Shown here in pieces: positions 56,995 through 64,000 of a DNA stretch of 64,000 bases. The stretch's first letter is position 1, and every line of letters begins with the position of its first letter. Source of the DNA: Octopus vulgaris (taxonomy: Eukaryota); the NCBI GenBank assembly GCA_951406725.2, contig OX597814.1, positions 70,680,001 to 70,744,000 on the forward strand, read 5' to 3'. A program made the translations under genes and the position numbers. The notes under the pieces are model-generated. The model searched no databases and was not told the origin of the DNA. It saw nothing but the letters and a program-made list of their open reading frames with translations.

Positions 56995-59900
56995 GCCTAC
57001 TACTACTACTACTACTGCTGCTGCTACCTCAAGGAATCTACCTCCTACTACTTCCACCAGTCATAAAGGTCGCCAAAACCTCGACAAACTATCATCCACA
57101 CCTCTCACAACTCACACACGCACCCACACACCCACTCGAAACCCCATAATTTGCCGTTATTCTCTCCGCCATAGATTGTGCACTGATAGAGACTGCAAAT
57201 TCACCCAATTACCCGGGACAAAACGCATTATCCCCACAAACTACAAAGCCACCACCCTATTACAACACCACCACAACCACCAAAATCTCAAACAAGGAAT
57301 CCCCAAATCTGCCGCTACTCCCAGCGAGACAGATTATGTTTGCACAGGGATTGTCCCTTTACCCATCTCCCGGGGACTCGTCGGACAAATAATAATAAAA
57401 ATAAAAACCAAAAAACCTACAACTCATATGGAAATAACCACTCATATAAAAATAACCACAACCACAGTCACCTACAGTTCCCTAGACAGGAAACTTCTTC
57501 TTCCTCTTTTTTAGCGATAATGAATCTAGCAAAAGAACTGGAAAAAACATCCGCGCTATCACCCACCACCATCCACCACTATCACCCCACTGCACATGCC
57601 ATTAAAAAGCAATCAAATAAACAAATCACCAAAACAATTAAAACCATCCACTCTCAACATTTTTGCTTAATGCCCAAGGCATCAGCCCTTTCACCAATAC
57701 CCAAAAATGGAAGATAAAATTCCTGGAGGACTGGGTCGATGCCCATCCAAACCACATCCCTTTCTTCGTCCTCACTGAAACCCATCTTAGTAACCTTCAC
57801 TTGGAAGCCGAGGTGAAAGTTAAAAATTTCAAAGCCATTCGTGCTGATCGTGCTGGTTCTTCTCTCTCAACCCCTGACAGGGAGGCAGTGGAATCGCTTC
57901 TTGACTTCATGGATGATTTCTTCCTGTCCCAACTGGTGCTCGAACCAACGAGATGTCATAGACTTAATTTTCAGCAATCACACTGATACTATTCACAATA
58001 TTGCAGTGGAGAAAACCCTACTCTCTGATCATGACATGGTTCTCTGTGATCTGAGATTTCACTGGCCAAAATGCAAAACAAATGTCATCCCTCCTGTTCA
58101 TCCATTTGACACTATGGATTTCCACAATGCAAACTGGGAAGCGATCAATAATGATCTTGCACAAGTCGATTGGTACTTCACGCACACATACACACCCACT
58201 AACATCAAAAAGTCATGGCAGTCATTTGTAGACACCATTACGAACATATGTGTCGAATCCCTAGTAATAGAAAATCTCTCGTCAGGAAAATTAAAAGAAT
58301 TAACAAAAAAATCAACAAGCTGAAATACTGTCAACAGCAACACACCAACCTGACTGCCATCTCGTCGCTAGAGATTAAAAAACATAAACTTCAAAACAAC
58401 ATGATGTCTATCATCAATAGTCAGAGAAGAGCTGAAGAGGCCTGGGCCATTGAGAAGATCAAACTCAATCCCAAAGTGTTCTTTTCATTTGCAAAAAAAC
58501 ACAGTCACTGGTTCTACTGTTGGCCCTCTGATTGATGAAAATGGTACTCTTCAAGACAATGCCAAAACCATGGGAGAGATATTGCAGAAACAATATTGCT
58601 CTTTTTTCAGCAATCCTGATATGACTGATCTGGGCTGTATCAGTGATGTTACTCCCCAATACACTTTATCGGACATAACCTTTGGCGCTCCTGATGTCTT
58701 AGCAGCAATAAAGGAAATGAAGCATAATTCAGCAGTAGGTCCCGATAGGTTCCCTGCTTGTGTCTTGAAGATGTGTCAAAACCGACTTTCACCCCCTCTA
58801 GCCAATCTGTGGCGGAACTCACTGGATGCTGGATATATACCAGAAGACCTTCTATTCCAGTCTGTTGTCCCAGTTTTCAAAAAAGGAAACAAATCGCTTG
58901 CCGTGAATTACCGTCCAATCTCACTCACCTCTCATATCATTAAGATATTTGAGAGAGTGCTGAGATCGCGTATGACTCACTTCCTTGAGAGTCATAATAT
59001 GCTGGACTCCAACCAGCATGGATTCCGTAATGGAAGAGATTGCCTGACGCAGCTACTGCATCATTTTGATGACATTTTGAGAGCCTTGGGAGAGGGTTCC
59101 AACACTGATGTCATCTACCTTGATTTCAGCAAGGCCTTTGACAGGGTTGATCATAAGATCCTTTTGAGAAAGCTGTCCAATATTGGTGTCACTGGAAAGC
59201 TGCTGCAGTGGACCAAGTGCTTCCTGTCTAACAGAACCCAACATGTTGTAGTCGAAGGAGTCAAATCCAGCCCAGCCAAAGTCAGTAGTGGTGTCCCACA
59301 AGGCACTGTGTTGGGCCCACTTCTCTTCATCATCTACATAAATGATATTACTGACACCATCAAACACAGTAACATCAGAACCTTCGCTGGTGATTCCAAG
59401 CTCCAGAAGGTCATCAATGGCGTGGATGACCGAATAAGCCTTCAGTCAGACCTACTGGCTGTTGTCCAATGGGCGGAAAAGAACAACATGTTGCTAAACG
59501 AAGACAAATTCGAACTGATCCACTTTGGAAGGGAGGACGCTCTGAAACTCCCATACTCCCTTCCTTCTGGAGAAATTCTCATGGCGTCCAACAACATCAG
59601 AGACTTGGGAGTAACTGTGGACAACAACATAAGCTGGGCTACACATATAAGCAGCAAAGTTGACATGGCCCGCAGAATGTGTTCCTGGATTCTCAGAACC
59701 TTTCAGTCGAGAGATTCCCACACTATTATCCTTCTCTTCTCCACTTTTGCCCGACCCCACCTTGAATACTGCTGTCCACTGTGGTCTCCCTACACAAAAC
59801 AAAATATTATGAGAATTGAAGCTCCCCAAAGGTCAATCACAAAAAAGATAGATGGCATGTCAGACCTTGACTACTGGGGTAGACTAGAGAAGCTGAAACT

Positions 59901-60355
59901 CTATTCACTCCAACGACGCCGTGAACGCTACATTATCTGTATGATGTGGAAAATATTCCATCAGCACTGTCCGAATGATGTTGGCATCACCTTCAAAATA
60001 CATCCAAGGCTTGGACCACGTGCAATCCGTCCACAAGAAAAATCTAAATCGCATCACATAACGACAATACGGCACAATTATTTCACCTCAATTGGACCCG
60101 CTCTCTTCAACATTACACGAGGACACGTTAAAACAGAAACTGACCACACAAATTCAAGAAGTCTTTGGACAAATTCCTTCAAACAGTCCCGGACAAACCA
60201 CCCACACCCGGATATGTCTCCGCAAACAATAACTCTCTGCTCGAATGGGCTTTGGTGCTCAAATCCTGAATTGAAAGACTTCGCCAGGTGGTGCTATTAA
60301 GTTAGACATGGCCTGGGCCAATACTGGCCAAAACCTTTCTAAGTTATTCTAAGTT
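56995..60355 (+). mobile_element. CR1-group LINE (family C): two CCCH-like repeats, partly deleted APE, RT
   Basis: CRYS...LC..RDC.FT(H/Q)LPGT x2; LTETHL, IDLIFS and SDHDMV; tail ttctaagtta x2; (TA)n on both sides. Confidence 0.92.
58450..60300 (+). pseudogene. LINE reverse transcriptase ORF remnant (616 aa; catalytic motif reads FAGD)
   Basis: NYRPISLTS, QHGFR, YLDFSKAFD, SGVPQGTVLGPLLF and LYSLQRRRERY are present; FADD is mutated to FAGD. Confidence 0.85.
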
Positions 60356-60452
60356 ATATATATGTATATATATGTGTATATATATATGTATATATATGTG
60401 TATGTATATATGTATATATATGTGTATATATATATGTATATATATATATATG

Positions 60453-60511
<59 letters not shown>

Positions 60512-60533
60512 ATATGTATATATATATGTATAT

Positions 60534-62590
60534 GTAACGGGAAGCTTTATGAAAATAGACAAAAGACGAAGGCAGGTGGAAAACAAACGAACAATTGTAT
60601 TAGTATGGCGCTCAGGAAATATAAATAAAACAAGTCTTTAACGTTTCGAGCCTACGCTCTTCAACAGAAAGATACGCAGAGAGAAAAAAACACAGAAAGA
60701 AGGAGAGAAAAAAATGCGTGCAGTAGCTAACGAATCAACATGGCGATCTGATTTCGGCCAGAGGTCAAAGATCAAACATGAGACGCGAGAGCGAAATAAG
60801 GGGAGATAAGAGGGTTGATAATATGGTTGAAGGACCAGCTAATAGTGCATAGGAGGGGTCTGGACGTGTGTATGTATAGGGTTGGTGTATGTATTAGTAT
60901 GTATTAGTATGTATTAGTACGTATTAGTATGTATAAGTGTGTGTGTGTGTGTGTATGAGAGAGTATAAGTGCGTATGAGGGGTCTGGACGTGTGTATGTA
61001 TAGGGTTGGTGTATGTATTAGTATGTATTAGTATGTATTAGTACGTATTAGTATGTATTAGTTGGTGTATGTATTAGTATGGCACATCATATATGATGTG
61101 ATGTGAAGTCGTGTGGTGTAGTGGGGAGAAGGGGGAGGAGAGGGGGGAAGAGGAGAGGAGGGGTGAGAGAGAGGAGGGGGAGAAGGAAGGGGAGGAGGGG
61201 GGAGGAAGGAGGAAAGAGGGAGAGGGGGAGTGAGGGAGCAGAGGGAAGGGGAAGAGGGAAGGAGGGAGGGAGAAAGATGGAAGAAGGGAAGGGGAGTAGG
61301 GGTGAAAGGATGAAGGACTGAAGAAGTAGGGGTCGGGGGGAAAGGATAGGTGAGGAGGGGGAGAGTGGGGTTAGATGAGGAGGGGGGAGAGTTGAGACCA
61401 AATGGCGTATAAGAGCGAAGAGAGAAGATTAATTCCTGTTCACGGCGCAAACGGGAATCCGGATGGCCTCTGTGTAAGGACAAACCGAACACAGATAGGT
61501 GTTGCAAGGAGTGACCGGTGGAGCAGAAATGGCGTGAGACCGGTGTGTCGTTCGCAAGGTGGATGTCACGAAGGTGTTCCGCGAACCGGTCAGCCAAGCG
61601 GCGTCCCGTTTGTCCGATGTACAAGGAATTGCAGAGAGAGCAAGAGATGCAATAGATAATATTGCTGGAGGTGCAGGTGAAGGAGTGGATGATGGGATAG
61701 GGTCGATGGTGGGTGCTAGTGAGGCGGGTGGTGTTGGAGAGGTAAGGGCAAGTGCGGCAACGTGGGCGGGAGCAGGGGAACGAGCCGGGTTGGGAGGTAG
61801 GGTCAGGGAAGGAGCTATGGACCAAAAGGTCTCGAAGGTTGTGGGCTCGTTTGAAAGAGGGGAGGGGTCGGTTAGGGAAGAGGTGTGAAGTGGACGGGTC
61901 GGACTGGAGATGACGGAAAGCTCGAAGAATGGTGCGTTGGAGACGTAGGGTCGTGGGGTGGTAAGTGAGGGGAAAAGGGAGGTGGGAGACTACAGGGCGG
62001 GTTCGGGGAGAGAGAGCAGATACACGGTCCACGGACCGTGCTCTGGCAAGGGCGGTGTGGATAGTGGTGAGGGGGTATCCACGTAGGGTGAAGTGGTGAG
62101 CCATACGTTGAGACTGAGTCTCAAAGTCATGGTCGTCACTACAGAGCCTACGTAGACGGAGGAATTGGGAATAGGGGATGGAAAGCTTGGTGTGTTCTGG
62201 GTGGGAGGAAGAGAAGTTGAGGTATGAGTGTGAGTCTGTGTGTTTGTAGTGAATGGAGGTGGTAAGAGTGGAGTGAAGAATGCTAACCGAAATGTCGAGG
62301 AAGGAGACAGAGGTGTTGGAGATAGTGGAAGTGAAGTGGAGGGCTGGATGGAAAGATTGGACGAAAGAGAGGAAGGAATCTAGATGTTCGCGGGAGAGTG
62401 AGGTGGCACCGATAATGTCGTCGATGTAACGACCATATAGTTCGGGAGTGGGACCAGTGAAATTAGAGAATATTTGGGCCTCAACATAGCCAACGAACAG
62501 GTTCGCATAGTTGGGGCCCATTCGCGTTCCCATGGCCACTCCCGAGATCTGATGGTAGAACTCGCCCGCGAATGAGAAGCAGTTCAGAGT
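60534..62590 (-). mobile_element. Penelope-like element, 5'-truncated: RT C-half, GIY-YIG, 3'UTR with duplicated minisatellite and minimal HHR-like motif (60634-60673)
   Basis: GVAMGTRMGPNYANLF, RYIDD, FLDI, HSYL..SSSHP, CxxxRCxTC and IIYCISC..C..LYIGQTGRRLADRFAEH. Confidence 0.93.
61058..62539 (-). CDS. Penelope RT plus GIY-YIG endonuclease (partial, open 493 aa; the low-complexity C-terminus is probably read-through)
   Basis: ORF track motifs as listed for the 60534-62590 element. Confidence 0.75.
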   Translation of the reverse strand: MAMGTRMGPNYANLFVGYVEAQIFSNFTGPTPELYGRYIDDIIGATSLSREHLDSFLSFVQSFHPALHFTSTISNTSVSFLDISVSILHSTLTTSIHYKHTDSHSYLNFSSSHPEHTKLSIPYSQFLRLRRLCSDDHDFETQSQRMAHHFTLRGYPLTTIHTALARARSVDRVSALSPRTRPVVSHLPFPLTYHPTTLRLQRTILRAFRHLQSDPSTSHLFPNRPLPSFKRAHNLRDLLVHSSFPDPTSQPGSFPCSRPRCRTCPYLSNTTRLTSTHHRPYPIIHSFTCTSSNIIYCISCSLCNSLYIGQTGRRLADRFAEHLRDIHLANDTPVSRHFCSTGHSLQHLSVFGLSLHRGHPDSRLRREQELIFSLRSYTPFGLNSPPSSSNPTLPLLTYPFPPTPTSSVLHPFTPTPLPFFHLSPSLLPSSPSLCSLTPPLPLSSFLPPPPLPSPPPLSHPSSPLPPSPPPSPHYTTRLHITSYMMCHTNTYTN

Positions 62591-62639
62591 ATATATAAGT
62601 TATATATATATATATATATATAGGAAGGGACAGGTACCA

Positions 62640-63700
62640 CAGTTAGGGCGTGCACATTTTTTAACTGATGGGGGTGGATGTGGTGTGTGAAGTTTGGCAT
62701 TTGTCAAGAGTTTTTTCAAAGATTCATGTTGCCTTTTGCATTTGAGGATTTTTTGTGTATTGATAATATTCATTTTTGGGTCTGTGGACAGTAAGGGGAG
62801 GTTTTGTATGATTGTGGTGTATGCTTCGATATTTTTGGGGTTGTGGGTGGAAATGTATGGAAGTATTTTGGGCTTCTGTGTGTTGCTGTGTTGGGTGGTT
62901 TTCAGTGTATTATTGTCTAGTTCTTTGGCACGTTTTATTCCATACTCTATGAGACTGGAGGGATATTGGCGTTGTAATAGTGTTTTTTTTTAGGTCTTGA
63001 AGGCGTATTTCTTGAGTTTGGGGATCTGAGACAATGGTGCATACCCTTTAGCAAAGTTGAAAGGGATATTTATCTTGGTGTGTTTTGGATGGCATGAGCT
63101 AAAGAGGAGGTATTCTTGTGAGTCTTGAGATGTCTGTTATGATTTGTTTGTTAGGTGTTTTTATAATTAGGAGATCAAGGAAAGGGAGATGAAATTTGCT
63201 GAATTTCATAGTGAATTGAATGTTGGGATGTATGTTGTTCAGTGTGGTTTTGAATTCCAGAAGCTTTTCATAAGAATCTTTCCATATGATGAAACAATCA
63301 TTCAAGTATCTTTTCCAGTTTTCCATTAAGTAGATGCGGAAAACGTGTCCAAATTTCTGGCGTGATATCTCTTAGAGTGATAGTTCGAAGAAGCCCATTA
63401 TGAAGTTCGCAAGGACTGGTGCAGCCTTGGTATCCATCGCAATATCACATTTTTGACGGTAGTGTGTGTTTTCAAAGCGGAAATAATTGTTTGTCAAAAT
63501 GAACTTGAGTGATTCCGTAATGAAGGTCTTGTAATTGCGGTCAGGGAATGCCTCGGGGTGTTTCTCTAGCCAGAAATCAATTGCCTCAATACCATATTCA
63601 TGCAGGATATTGGTGTAGAGGTTGATAACATCAAAGGACACCAAGAATGCCACTTCGTTAGTTTTTCTCCTTTCAAATCTTGAAAATTTGCTTTGCAATG
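62640..63700 (-). mobile_element. Second Penelope-like RT fragment, decayed
   Basis: [55 protein letters not shown]. Confidence 0.88.
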
Positions 63701-63924
63701 AAAACCGTTTTGATTTATTATTTAAAAAAATTTTCAATACACCCATATTTATTAAAATTTACTTTCAATTTAGCATTCTGCCTTATTATAATTTTTCCTC
63801 TCCACGTGCGGTCAACACAACCCCACCATTTATTGATTTGTACATGTATATATATACATATATATGTATATATTTGTATATATACATATATATGAATATA
63901 TATATATATATATACGTATGTATA

Positions 63925-63975
<51 letters not shown>

Positions 63976-64000
63976 GTATATATATACAGTTGCGGTAAAA

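Overview
Eukaryotic, repeat-saturated non-genic DNA. The repeat content (very long (TA)n/(CA)n tracts, the SINE and LINE types) resembles an octopus/cephalopod genome, but this is an inference. No host gene can be supported, and most ORF-track entries are microsatellite artefacts. The window holds decayed mobile elements: CR1-group LINEs inserted in (TA)n, including a head-to-head inverted pair; RTE, R4/Dong, Tx1-like and Penelope-like (PLE) retroelements; two Gypsy LTR remnants; four mariner remnants plus a short end fragment; one m44-type DNA transposon; SINEs; and two 100-N gaps. The main unannotated signal is a high density of type I hammerhead ribozyme (HHR) motifs. These include a ~534-bp tandem array with five HHRs and an internal inversion (retrozyme/pLTR-like), a 480-bp palindrome with one HHR per arm, and several solo HHRs; two unrelated families share a CCGAAGA core variant. 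A second signal is a covarying structured 5' leader shared by an RTE and an R4/Dong LINE. Coordinates were read by eye, and element boundaries are approximate.
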